Positions 1-12,060 of a DNA stretch of 64,000 nucleotides are shown one piece after another. The position numbers and the translations under genes were made by a program. This DNA is from Octopus bimaculoides (lineage: Eukaryota). The notes below the pieces were generated by a model. The model saw only the letters and a program-made list of their open reading frames with translations, made no database searches and was not told the origin of the DNA. The first letter of the stretch is position 1. Every line of letters begins with the position of its first letter. Where the stretch lies: contig NC_068984.1 of the NCBI RefSeq assembly GCF_001194135.2, forward strand, positions 107,126,466 through 107,190,465, read 5' to 3'.

Positions 1-258
1 TTTGGAGTGTTTTCTTGCTGTTAAAGTATCAATATGTTATTTGAAGTAATTTTGAAATAAATTATAACGAAATGGGGCAGTTGCTTTTATCACTAATTGC
101 TAAGTACAGTATTTTACAACGCATTTTCAGATTGAATGGCCATACAGGCGTTTGTCTATTTGCTGAATTTTTTTGTTTATTTTCTTATATTTCTTTGTTT
201 AGCTGTGTACTTCTGATTTATATTTCTGATTTCTGATCTTAGCGTGTTCCTTTTGAAG

Positions 259-334
259 ATGACAAGCCTTGAATTGAGAGCTATATGGCTGTTAAATCCA
301 GCAGTTATAGCGACAAGTGAAAATTTCATTGTAG
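259..334 (+). CDS. Weak candidate exon (MTSLELRAIWLLNPAVIATSENFIV)
   Basis: ccttttgaag|ATG acceptor-like site, G|gtttgt donor at 335, only one of three frames open. No recognisable homology. Confidence 0.15.
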
Positions 335-809
335 GTTTGTTTGAATTCTAATGTTATACTTACTTTCAGATTTTATTATTTTCACTTTTTACATTCCTGC
401 ACAAGAAAATTCCCTCGAAAAGTTTTCGTCCTTTCCATTAACGGAATATAGTTTTTCTTTTGTTTAAGAAGAATCAAAGAATCAATTTGTATATCTGTTT
501 TCTCTCAATCAGAATTATAATTCCAGTGTGGAGTTGTAGAATGCCTTTGGTAATCGAAACGAAAAATATAAGAACCACGTTTGTTTTGTTTCATTTTTAT
601 ATAACGTTTTATTTCTGTTACGTAATCTGTAAACATTATCTATAAGTTCTGTGAACTTCTTAGAGTGATGGCATACTTACTTAACAATGAAAGAAATCTT
701 CCATTGTTAAGTATACTCAAGTGATTGCAATACTAGATAGCTTTGAGTGCCTCGATAACTTAGTAGTATAACATTGCAACCAAGATACTTTTCTGCCTGC
801 ATTTAACAG

Positions 810-930
810 AAAACTTTGAAAATATAAAATCAAAAGAGAAACAACGTAGCTACATCAAGGAAACAAGCTACAATGCAATACTTAGTTTACATGAAAAATC
901 CATCCATATGTGTAATAAGATTGAAGATAA
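810..930 (+). CDS. Weak candidate exon (ENFENIKSKEKQRSYIKETSYNAILSLHEKSIHMCNKIED)
   Basis: atttaacag| acceptor, AA|gtattt weak donor, open frame; start phase 1 matches the end of 259-334. Confidence 0.12.
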
Positions 931-1440
931 GTATTTTTCCGACAAGAATAAAATGTGAGATTACATACGCCCGCAACCGTCATGCAGTATTAGTAATCGC
1001 GCCGTTCAACTTAACTTGATTACAATAATTCTCAGTAACAGATCGAAGACCGATGTTTTCTATATTCATTGATTATCTTTTATTATTTATTATCTTATTA
1101 GTATTGCTGAATAACAGTAATAATAATATTAATGTAGTAACAATGGTAATTTAATATTTAATAAAATTATCACAATACTGCAATGTTTTTAGAGTATTAC
1201 TGGACATTTTCGCTCCGTCGTTTATCATCAAACTTGAAATAATTGAATTAAAAGCGATAATGATTTTGCTTTAAACTATATACAAAAAAAGTAATTGTTT
1301 ATAATTGTTTCTAAAAATGTTTTATTTTTCCCTATATTTATGTTGTGTGTTTATATACCTATATAATTACTTCACAATAAGATGTATTGAATTAATGGTT
1401 TGCGAATATAAGTACACATACCTGAAAACTTCTCTTAAAA

Positions 1441-1472
1441 TATATGTGTGCATGTGTATATCTATGTGCGTG

Positions 1473-1517
<45 letters not shown>
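1441..1517. repeat. (TG)n/(TA)n microsatellite
   Basis: Direct reading. Confidence 0.95.
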
Positions 1518-1519
<2 letters not shown>

Positions 1520-1858
1520 AGATAGGTTATAGCTATAAATTACTTTCATAGCTGCTAATTGAATTTATTCGCTTACATTATGTCTGTTGGTGTTCTTCAA
1601 TTCATTAACATGGTTTACGTAGCAGACAACATAGAAAAATGAAAGCAACGCAAGTATGGTATAAAAAAATCTATATACATAATTAAATATGCATGTGTAT
1701 CTCTATATAGTCATAGCCTAAAATAAACGTTGGTTAGTTTGTTGGGTGGTTGAAATATAATCACGTTTTATATCGCAGACAGAGAAGAGAGAAAGAGAGA
1801 AACGTTAAAAGAGTGATACAGATAGAGTTCAAATAAGAGGTGTAGAACGGGTGTTCTG

Positions 1859-1900
1859 CACTCCCTGAAGAGCACACACTTTAAACGAAAGCTTGCAGTG
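1859..1900 (+). ncRNA. Degenerate minimal hammerhead-ribozyme-like motif (Penelope pLTR type)
   Basis: cactcc-CTGAAGA(1865-1871)-15 nt-GAAA(1887-1890)-GCTT-gcagtg; palindromic AAGCTT stem III; stem I 5/6 paired; stem II has only the closing G-C pair. Confidence 0.4.
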
Positions 1901-2129
1901 ACTGGTTTCCGATGGAGTAGACTGCAGTTATACTGAACACATTTAGAAAAATTATAACATGTATTTATCGCAAATATGCAAATGATAAGGGTGCTTAATT
2001 TTATTTTATTTTAAGATAATGAATATCTTTCTTTTGAAAATTAGTTTTCAGTCTGTCAAGAAATTTGATTAAAGTTAAATTCTAATTATTGTGTTATGAC
2101 ATATTCATTTGTATTACCCATTGTGGCAA

Positions 2130-2298
2130 AAGTATATATATATATATTTACAGACATACACACACACACACACACACACACAGACACAAACACACACACA
2201 CACACACACATGCACAATGAGAGTGAGTCAAAATTAATGCAAATAAAAATTGCATTACTTTCTGATTCAGCCTCGTGTATACATGTATGTATACATAT

Positions 2299-2362
<64 letters not shown>

Positions 2363-2431
2363 ACACATATATATATATACATATATATATGTATATATAT
2401 TTGTGTGTATATATATGCATATATATGTACA

Positions 2432-2498
<67 letters not shown>

Positions 2499-2577
2499 AC
2501 ACATATATATATATACATATATATATGTATATATATTTGTGTGTATATATATGCATATATATGTACATATATGTGTG

Positions 2578-2608
<31 letters not shown>

Positions 2609-2650
2609 ATATGTGTGTGTATATATATATGTATATGTGTGTGTGTATAT
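2130..2650. repeat. Compound (CA)n/(TA)n/(TG)n microsatellite with a 136-bp higher-order duplication
   Basis: Landmarks gtacacat (2361, 2497) and tttgtg (2400, 2536) recur at a 136-bp period. Confidence 0.95.
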
Positions 2651-3128
2651 AAGTTTTTATCAGATAAAAAGGTAAAGATATTGCCTTGACCTATCATGTC
2701 ACCTGATATAAATCCAATAGAACGTATGTGTGATGTTTTGAAAAGGAAGGTTGAGCAGAAAAATCCCGCAATCCCGAATGTAACAACACAGTGGAAAGAC
2801 ATCATTCAGGATGAATGGAGACCGATTTCTTCGGTTATATGCAAAACCTTAGTCGACTTAATGCAATTATTGAAAGCAAAGGTGGCCACACCAAATATTG
2901 GATATAGCAAATAATCCTTTAGGGTGTACATATTTTTGAATCGTCTGAAAATTAATATTTCGTTCATATTTTTGAAAATGTTTTTTATTTTGTTCCAAAT
3001 TTGTATAATGTTTGCAGGTATAATATATTTTATTCAGTATAGATTTCGCTTGATTTCCTTCGATATTGTCAGAATAATGGCAATTTTCCTAAACATTTTA
3101 AGGGGTGTACATACTTCTGTGAGATAAT
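2651..3128 (+). mobile_element. Tc1-family transposase C-terminal fragment and 3' end
   Basis: [34 protein letters not shown] matches the Tc1 WPxxSPDLNPIE motif; frameshifted AKGGHTKY C-terminus; TIR-like gggtgtacatacttctgtgagata before a TA run. Confidence 0.85.
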
Positions 3129-3178
3129 TTATATATATATATATATATATAGGAAAGAGGGTCTGAAAATGCCGAGGT

Positions 3179-3434
3179 ATTTTAAAGATGTCTATTGACT
3201 TAACCGGTTTCACTTTTTGTAAAAAAATTATCAAAAGTAAAATGTAAAGCTTTGTATAAGCAATTGTTCCGTCTTTACGATCTGAGTTCAAATTCCGCTG
3301 AGGTCCTCTTTGCTTTTCATTCTTTCGGGAGTCAATCAAATAAGGACCAGCTGAGCACCGGGTTTGATGTAATCGATTTACCTTCTGCTCCGAAATTGCT
3401 GGCCCTGTGCCAAAATTTGTAACTGATATTGAAG
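3179..3434 (+). repeat. Left arm of 256-bp inverted repeat (about 75 bp non-SINE plus SINE body)
   Basis: Reverse complement of 4649-4904 with about 8 differences by manual alignment. Confidence 0.95.
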
Positions 3435-4369
3435 GTAGTTAAATATATACATGGCCTCGGCTCTTAGGCTTAAATGAGTGAGTAGAGTTCTGAAGACCAA
3501 TTTGCATTTATACACACAAACCTATAGAAATCTTCAAACTGAAAAACAAACCAGAAAAAATTATCATTCTTTATCTAAGTATCTTATATGTTACGATAAA
3601 CCAATAATATTGCTTGCAATAGTTTTTTTATTTTCAGTTATTTGTTGTTTTTGTTTGTTAGCTTGGTTCTATAATACGTTTTCTGTCAAAGAAAATTTTA
3701 AATGAGGAATGTGTGCGATTAGCTGCCTACTGAATATTTTAAACAGGTTTTCTTAACTTTAATAAATATATAGTAAAACAATGTACGAAAGAAATACTAC
3801 ACAGAAGAACACACACACATAAACATATAGACCCATAGACACAAACAAGCATATATACTCCCGTGTGCGCGCGCGTGTAGGTGGTGTGTGTGCGCGTATT
3901 AAGTGTGTGTAGGAGAGAAAGTGTGTATAAATGTGTGTCAACATATGAACGTTTGCCTTTGAAGTATTCAAAAGATTAAACTAAACACGTAACAAGTATG
4001 TCAGATATTAATTCAAAATACAAGGTGAGTAACCTAGAACAAAAATATACTCTAGCTAGGAGCAAACGAACTTTCAAATGGACCAGTCCACCTTGTTGTT
4101 AATGCGTATTACGAGATCGCACAGCTCATGGTTGTATACAGTAGCGACATGAGGTACAAATCACAACTCTCTCCACTATTATTTTCAAATCTTCTGCTAA
4201 TGTCACTTCAATTTCAGGTAGACTCTAGCAGATCGTCACGTGAACATTTGCTTCACCAGATAGACATTTGAGAGACTAACCTCGGGGCAAACTTGTATGA
4301 GAAATTTATTCATGTTATTTTACTTTTCTTGTTTAGTCTCAAGTCAGCCATTGAGAGAAGATTAATTAT

Positions 4370-4500
4370 GAAAAGCGTCCAGTCGTGGTTAACTTTGCTT
4401 TCGCTTCGATAAAATAAGTACCAGTTAAGTACTGGTGTCGATTTAGTCGACTAAACTCCTCTCCCAAAATTTCTGGCCTTGTGCCAAAATTTGAAACCAG
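4370..4500 (+). mobile_element. SINE family A, 3' fragment
   Basis: gataaaataagtaccag...ctggccttgtgccaaaatttgaaacc shared with many copies in the window. Confidence 0.7.
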
Positions 4501-4648
4501 TTACAGAAGTGTTTCAGCTGTAAGTATTCCGTATATTTTGTGCATATCTTGCAATACCTCATCCAATGCCTGTTTCTGTGGCATTACTTTTTCTAATACG
4601 CTATAGTTTGAATGAGATTTTACTGTTAGTTTCAACAGGTCGAGTAAT

Positions 4649-4904
4649 CTTCAATATCAGTTTCAAATTTTGGCACAGGACCAGCAATTTCGGAGCAGAA
4701 GGTAAATCGATTACATCAAACCCGGTGCTCAGCTGGTCCTTATTTGATTGACCCCCCGAAAGAATGAAAAGCAAAGAGGACCTCAGCGGAATTTGAACTC
4801 AGATCGTAAAGACGGAACAATTGCTTATACAAAACTTTACATTTTAATTTTGATAATGTTTTTCAAAAAGTGAAACCGGTTAAGTCAATAGACATCTTTA
4901 AAAT
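4649..4904 (-). repeat. Right arm of 256-bp inverted repeat
   Basis: cttcaatatcagtt...gacatctttaaaat is the reverse complement of 3179-3434. Confidence 0.95.
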
Positions 4905-5519
4905 CATTTATACCTAGATGAAAAGTTGAACCTAGTACCGCAAGATAATGAAACTTGCTGACTTAAATGCAATTCTTGCTGCTCACATAGCCAAGGTGGG
5001 GACACAGTGTCTATTATTTATTTGAGTGTTAAAATCTTTGAACCATTTAAAAGGTTTGTGTCATCGGTACTATACAGCAGCGTTAGCATGATACGAACCA
5101 CTACTGTTATCTTCCACTTCTCACAGTACACAAATGAGAAATTAATATTCTACATCCTGGTAAATATTTCTCCAGCTGTGTATATCCACGCAGCCGTTCC
5201 GCCTTCTAAAATAGCTGTAAAATATATCCTTCAGATCACACTAAACCATCGTAAGATAAAGCGATACATTGGATGATGCAGTCCTATGTACATTATTCTT
5301 AAGAGAGTATATGAGACGGTCATGGTAAGAACGACCTTCACTAAGATTTTGTCAATGAGAAGCTGCAAACAGTGCTTTTATTTTATTCATATATGCACAT
5401 AATTATATATACGTCATTATATATGATGGACTCTCCTGTCGAGAGTAACGTAGAAGTGCTCAGCTTTTGCCGAACGGCTTGCGCAAATGATTTATTTTAT
5501 AGTGATCAAATGTTTGTAC

Positions 5520-5705
5520 TGTACATTAGCTCACTCTCTCCATCCAATTGACGTTGCCTGAAGAGGATGCATGGTGTCGAAGTGTTCGCAGAGCAACGTG
5601 GGATGAAGTGTTTTGCTCGAGAACACAACGTATGACTCGGTCTAAGGATTGAGACCACAGTATCAGAATCATGTGTGCAACACCCTAACCATTAGGTCAT
5701 GCACT
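5520..5705 (-). mobile_element. tRNA-derived SINE head/core (CORE-like), decayed
   Basis: gagcaacgtgggatgaagtgttttgctcgagaacacaac...ctaaccattagg; related to 18440-18715 and 52384-52622. Confidence 0.6.
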
Positions 5706-6338
5706 CTCGACATTATATATACCTCATTATATATTCATTATATATACCACATTATGTATTCATTATTTTATGTGCATCTTCATAACAATCGGTATCAATA
5801 TGCGTATTTCTGTGTAAACAATAAATTTCTAATATTATTGTTGTACTTTCTCACTCATTGAAAAACAATTTATTTTCACGTGGATTTTTTTCTTATATTT
5901 TATTACAAAACGAAGCCAATGCATTAATGATTCAATATATTTCCAACTAAAAGAAGATAGCACTCTCCCTTCCAGAGGAGATTGCGTTGGATTATTTCTT
6001 TGCATTGCTTGCTTACAGGAAACTATCACTGGTTCCATATATCGATTTGAATTTAGCAAATACGGTTATTATTAGTGTCTCCATAGAGAGAAGCAAAGAT
6101 TTGGTTGATGGTTGATGACATTTCATTTTACAAATAGCTAATGAATTTTTGCCAAGCATAAGAACAGTATAACTTCATTCAGTCCTAAGTGTAAGATTTA
6201 AATTATACATATTCAGCCTTTTAGTTATAAGTTATAGCGCAATATTTCAACTATACGTTTATCGAGAATATTAGAATAGAATATTAGAATATACATTAAA
6301 AAAACAGAATAATATATATCATATATATACATATATAT

Positions 6339-6383
<45 letters not shown>

Positions 6384-6437
6384 CATGCGATATATATATA
6401 ATATATTGATATTCTATATATAATATATTTCTATACT

Positions 6438-7226
6438 AGGTCTTTTCTCTTGAATAGCCGTGTTGAGTCGTTCCATCTGTTGAACATAGATTTCCGCGTT
6501 GGCCGTTTGGTTCCGTTGAAACAATTCGTAATGGATAATCCCTTCCTAGTCCCACCATACGCACAACATCATTTTACGCGCGGTGTCGCTTGTTTACCGG
6601 GGCTAAGCCATTCTTTACGCTGCTTCATATTGATATACAGGCACCATTTTTCGTCACCACTAACGATTCGGTAAAGAAATCATTGCTTGTGTCCATGCGT
6701 TGAGCGGTGACGAGCAAGTAAACCAGCGGAGATTGTGTCTCGTTGATTTTTATTGTTGTCACTTGAAGCATGCGGAACCCATTCTCCATACATCTGAAGC
6801 TTTCCCATCGAGTGAAGTTGCTTCCCTATAACATTTAATCGGCAGCATGGAGTTCTTCTGCTGCACGACAACGCCCGCCCTCATATCACCAATATGACCA
6901 AAAAAGCCTTTCAAACGCATGGCTGGGTAGCGCTGCCACACCCGCTGTATACTCCTGATTTGGCACCAACGGATTTCCACCTCTTTTGATCTCTTTCAAA
7001 TGCTATGCGTGGTGTTTCGTTCAATACTGATGCAGAATTGGGAGATCAATTTTTCGAGTCGAAATCGAGTGATTTCTACCAACGAGGTATTGAAAATCTT
7101 GTTGACCGTTGTGAAGAAGTTTTAAACAACAAGGGTGGATACATTATTGATTAATTAGTTATTTTTTAATAAACCTTTTAAAAAATTTTAATTAAAGAAA
7201 CAGCGTTAACTTATTTGCCAAATACA
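6438..7226. mobile_element. Mariner (D,D34D) transposon, 5'-truncated, with an inverted internal segment
   Basis: 6438-6836 reads on minus (WVPH...SGDEKW...CVWWD...QEKRP); 6837-7154 reads on plus (NRQHGVLLLHDNARPH...YTPDLAPTDF...NKGGYIID*, 34 aa between the Ds); 3' TIR-like aacttatttgccaaatacata. Confidence 0.9.
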
Positions 7227-7301
7227 TATATATAATATATATTATATGTATATATGTATAATATATATAATACTAGCAGCTATATATATATATATATATA
7301 T

Positions 7302-7645
7302 NNNNNNNNNNNNNNNNNNNNNNNNNNNNNNNNNNNNNNNNNNNNNNNNNNNNNNNNNNNNNNNNNNNNNNNNNNNNNNNNNNNNNNNNNNNNNNNNNNN
7401 NNNNNNNNNNNNNNNNNNNNNNNNNNNNNNNNNNNNNNNNNNNNNNNNNNNNNNNNNNNNNNNNNNNNNNNNNNNNNNNNNNNNNNNNNNNNNNNNNNNN
7501 NNNNNNNNNNNNNNNNNNNNNNNNNNNNNNNNNNNNNNNNNNNNNNNNNNNNNNNNNNNNNNNNNNNNNNNNNNNNNNNNNNNNNNNNNNNNNNNNNNNN
7601 NNNNNNNNNNNNNNNNNNNNNNNNNNNNNNNNNNNNNNNNNNNNN
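7302..7645. other. Assembly gap. Other gaps (approx.): 11497-11572, 13573-14348, 16111-16244, 22228-23087, 26899-27005, 31007-31027, 31729-31738, 35414-35681, 49416-50123, 53264-53709, 57998-58382, 62150-62565
   Basis: N runs, most flanked by microsatellites. Confidence 1.
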
Positions 7646-7728
<83 letters not shown>

Positions 7729-10561
7729 TAGGCATATTATACGTTTATAATAAATGTATATATATCATATACATGATATAATTAGTTATTATTTATATTG
7801 TGCGTGTTTGTGTGTGTATGTAGTGAAAAATTAAGATAAGATATTAGTTCCGATGTACGTTTTACCAATGCCGTTGTTTGGAACTCACCATTTCATATTC
7901 CATGTGCATTTGTCTGATTGTGCAAAATCGTTCATCAGGAGCACAGTGTATTGCATTCTAAAATCCTCCTAAATAGAAGGAATACCACTGAAGACCTCGT
8001 CTTCAACTAATGTTTTATTCCATAAATCAGTGAGTTGGTAACCATCCATCTTCGCGCATGGAACCCCGTCCTTTAAATCCAGCTCTTTAAACAGACTGAA
8101 CCAGTTAATTTTACAAAATCACTACTGCTGAACATGATTCAATCACTGGTAGACCTATATATTAATTTGCGTCATGATTGTACATCAATGGATTATACTG
8201 TTACGACTTAAATTCTTCTGCCATTGACCCTTATCTAAGACATGACAATATTCAACTTTTTTGCATAGTGATCTTATACTCTATTTGACTTAACTTTCTA
8301 TTTTACTTAACTTAATCTTACACTCAAGAAAAATGGACATCACTAAAATTACTGAATATTATTGGCAGCTTTTTCATCTATGATATAGTCTAAATCAGCC
8401 TTAAAAATATTAGGCTGAAATAGGATGGTGGTGAGATCATTATTGCTTTCTAAATCACCAACGTTATGATGACATTTCAGGTGACATTAATAGCTACAGG
8501 ATCAAATAGGTCTTTGCAGAGTTCAAGAGACTCTCTGGAGCATTTTGAATATCAACAAAAAACTACACGCGATGACACATCATTTGAACTATACAATGAG
8601 AGTTGAGAAACAAATTGTTTATTTCATATAAATTATGTTTTGTCCGTTCCCTTCTTTTTTTTTATCGGGCTGCTCTGGGGGTATTCATTACCTTCATCGA
8701 CACACACTGAGAGCAGTGGAATAGACGCAGTTAAAGATAACTGCGCTTTCTTACTAGATGATTATGAATAAGAGATAAAGGAAATTCCGAAGTACCAACA
8801 TTTGAAGTGAAATATCTGGAAGTTGTAGATCGTATTCATGCGAGTGGGAAGCATATCTACAGAATGAATAGGAAGTTATGCAGGTGACAGGTTTCTAATT
8901 AGAAGCATTGAGAATAATCCCTGGTGAAGTAATAGTGTACATATGTACCACAAGTCAAATACAGAAATTTAATATTTCTGTATAGTGCAGAGTAACTGAT
9001 AACTATTTCAAAACTAAGGTCTCTTGAGGGCTTTTAAAATTGGTAATCAATTTAGCATGTTCAAAATTTCATAACTCTCGTTTCTAATCTTAATATACAA
9101 ATAACAGTAGAGTCGGAGATATACATTTAAACCCCCAAGGGAATATATATACTTAAAAGCTAAGGATTAGATTACATTATATCTGTTGCTGTTTGTTTAG
9201 TTTTATATGTATTGATTATTTTTATCTTTAAATGAAAATCATCAGCACTCTTTAAAATGATGAGGTGATGTGTCAATTTTTATAGAAAATTGTTGAGAAT
9301 TTATTTTGTAAACTATTTGTTTAGTATCAGATCGCTCACAACAATATAATTAAATGAATGTAATACAAGATGTCTCGTATTTTAATTTATGGTTTAGATT
9401 TTCTTATATTGTTACCCTGCTAACTGTTCATCTAATTGTCATCTGCATATTTTCACTAGTACTAATTTTATCGATTCCAGATGTATCAAGTGCCATCTCG
9501 ATGCAAAAATGCTGTTCGTACTCGTCTTTAAAACCTGTGAATATAGCACTATAATACACTCTGTTGTCTCAGTCCTAGATATACACTCATTTAGCACCCA
9601 AGTTAAATGACATTTAATATACACGGCAAGAATTTTCTTCAAACATTGATTATTTATACTTAAATACGTCCGCTGTTTTACCTGACACTAAAATAAAATA
9701 TTACATTTAAATAAAATGTTGGAGACTAAGACTAAATCGGATCGCTACATTATTTTATAAAATATTATTTATTCTCCCTATGCAGATAAATGAAGGTTGT
9801 GAAAAGTAAAATAGTCATTTCTTTCCAGTTATATATGAATCTGAATAAATAAGGATTTATACATCCAACTCAAGCGAACTTTCCAGGAAGACTAACGCTG
9901 TTAATTTCAAAGTTTGTCTATTTTTAATTTAATGGTTTCTTAAACAGGGAAAGTATTCAGCCCAACATTTCATTGATCTTCAAAAATTATTCTTAATCTC
10001 AATAGATTACTTTATGGAAAATCCTACAGCAGATTAACATAACATACATGAAACATGAATGAGGAAACAGTCAGCAGTTAGTATAATATCAGTATACTCA
10101 CGTCTTGTATTGTAATGCATATTCAGTTGAGACGCACATGTCAAAGACAATAATCGAAAAACAATCCGCGTTACAAGTTCATAATTTCTAAAATTTACAG
10201 TCGTCGTGTAATAAAATCACAAATAGTGATGCAGAAGTACCATTTTAAACATATTCAAGAACATATTTAATGCAATGAGTCAGCATCACAGATATTTTCT
10301 AGAATACGCATCTTCTATCATTGACATTAAGTTAGGTTAAACACAGAATTATCTAACCCGTGCCAATACATCACATCAAAAGCATTACATTAAAAGCAAA
10401 TATGCGAAGACATTCACATTATAGCCGTGCATATTTAATTTACATTATATTTGTTAGTGCAACGACTGTGGATTGCCAGAAAGAGTTGAGTACTTTGCAA
10501 TATTTAGTTACATCTCTTTAAGTTTTAACTTAAAATCCTTTAAAACTTTATCAGGTTTGTT

Positions 10562-11410
10562 CTAAAGACTAGTTGCTGAGCGGCTATAATTTGCGTATCT
10601 GTCTCTCGTTTCAAGTTTCTCTTCGTTATCCAGAGCCAGCGACATTCTCAGTTTGTTGCGTAAATTAACCGCGTAGTTCCATTTTGTTCCATCTGCTGGC
10701 TGAGTTGTGTTGTTTTTCCTTTTCTCGTTGAATTCTACTGTTTCAGTCACTTTGGGGGCATGTTTGGCAGCCAATAGCATTTTTTCTCTACTCTTCACAA
10801 CATAATTTTTGAGATACAGTATCGCAGTATTAACAATGTCTTCTGCGTTTAGCAATCCTCTGCCACCTTCCTTTCTTGATAGGTAGAGTCGTTCGGTATT
10901 ACTTCTATGGTAGACTGCGTTGTGCATTGTGAGTAGCTTCCTAATTCTTCTATTCAGATTCTGTCGCTCGATGTTTGTCCATTTCAGAAAAGGAACACAG
11001 TATCTCAATGCGGACATAGCCCGTGTATTTATGACTTTAATGATGTTCCTGCCATTTGATTTTATATTGAGCAACTTCCTAATTCTCTTGTTGTACTTTT
11101 TAGTGACTTTTTCTCTCATTTCTCCTTCCATTATCCTATCACTTTGCAGCACTCCTGTATATTTGTACCCCTCCTTATTCCACAAGGATCTAATGAAGTT
11201 GTCTTGTGGTACTTTTATACCATCAGAGTTTGCCTTCCAAGTTCTCTTGATTACTAGAATTGTGTATTTATTAACCTCAAATTGCATTCCAATATCTTTA
11301 CTGAATACTCTCACTATTTGGACCAAAGTGTCTAGGTCTGTCTTAATTTTTGTATACAGTTTGAGTTCATCCATATGAAGTAGGTGATTTATTCTCATCT
11401 TGGATTTGGT
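10562..11410 (-). mobile_element. R4/Dong-clade LINE, RT motif C to thumb region
   Basis: INHLLHMDELKLY (degenerate YMDDLKLY), YKYxG, RLYLSRKEGGRGL. Confidence 0.9.
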
Positions 11411-11465
11411 AAACTCATAGGCAGGTCTGGATTTTCTTAGTATACTTCTTAGTATATTTTCTTAG

Positions 11466-11496
<31 letters not shown>

Positions 11497-11572
11497 NNNN
11501 NNNNNNNNNNNNNNNNNNNNNNNNNNNNNNNNNNNNNNNNNNNNNNNNNNNNNNNNNNNNNNNNNNNNNNNN

Positions 11573-11611
<39 letters not shown>

Positions 11612-11616
11612 CGTAA

Positions 11617-12060
11617 CTATATGTAAAACTGGTTATTGATAATTTCAATTACTTCCTTTTTCTTGACATCGACACCCACATTTTCTGCTACAACAATACT
11701 TGCTGCCTTGATCAAATTATTTGTTTCTGTGATGTTCTTTGTTTTGATGTATTTCAGAATTTGATTGACATTTTTCGTTTCTTGGTTCATTTTCCATCGA
11801 TCAACCCTTTTAAGGTTGCAAATAACGTCACAATCGTTCTCCCGTAGTCTTACCTTTATTCTGTCGTAGATTGCCTTTTGTTCATCTGTCATGCCGCTAT
11901 TAGTTTTATTGTCTTCTTTTAGATCATTTATATGTATCTCACTGCTCCTTTCCTGTGCTATGAGATTACTCTTATTAGTAAGAACTGTATTTTCATTGTT
12001 ATCTCTGCTGCTAGTTTTCATGACCGTCTTTTGATAGCTTCGAGCTATACTTCTGTGAAC
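11617..12060 (-). mobile_element. R4/Dong-clade LINE, pre-RT N-terminal region
   Basis: NITETNNLIKAASIVVAENVG resembles the region upstream of RT in this clade (from recall). Confidence 0.65.

Noticed and set aside
2086-2805. Long HT/YI/CV-rich ORFs here and at many other microsatellites and N-gaps
   Set aside because: Translations of dinucleotide or trinucleotide repeats or of Ns; not genes.
5127-5159. 33-nt segment with good acceptor and GTAAAT donor (YTNEKLIFYIL)
   Set aside because: Too short to assess, probably lies in a dispersed repeat, and its phase does not fit the other candidates.
8775-8883. Peptide PTFEVKYLEVVDRIHASGKHI resembling a PTB-domain start
   Set aside because: Poor acceptor, in-frame stops just upstream, and similarity limited to five residues.
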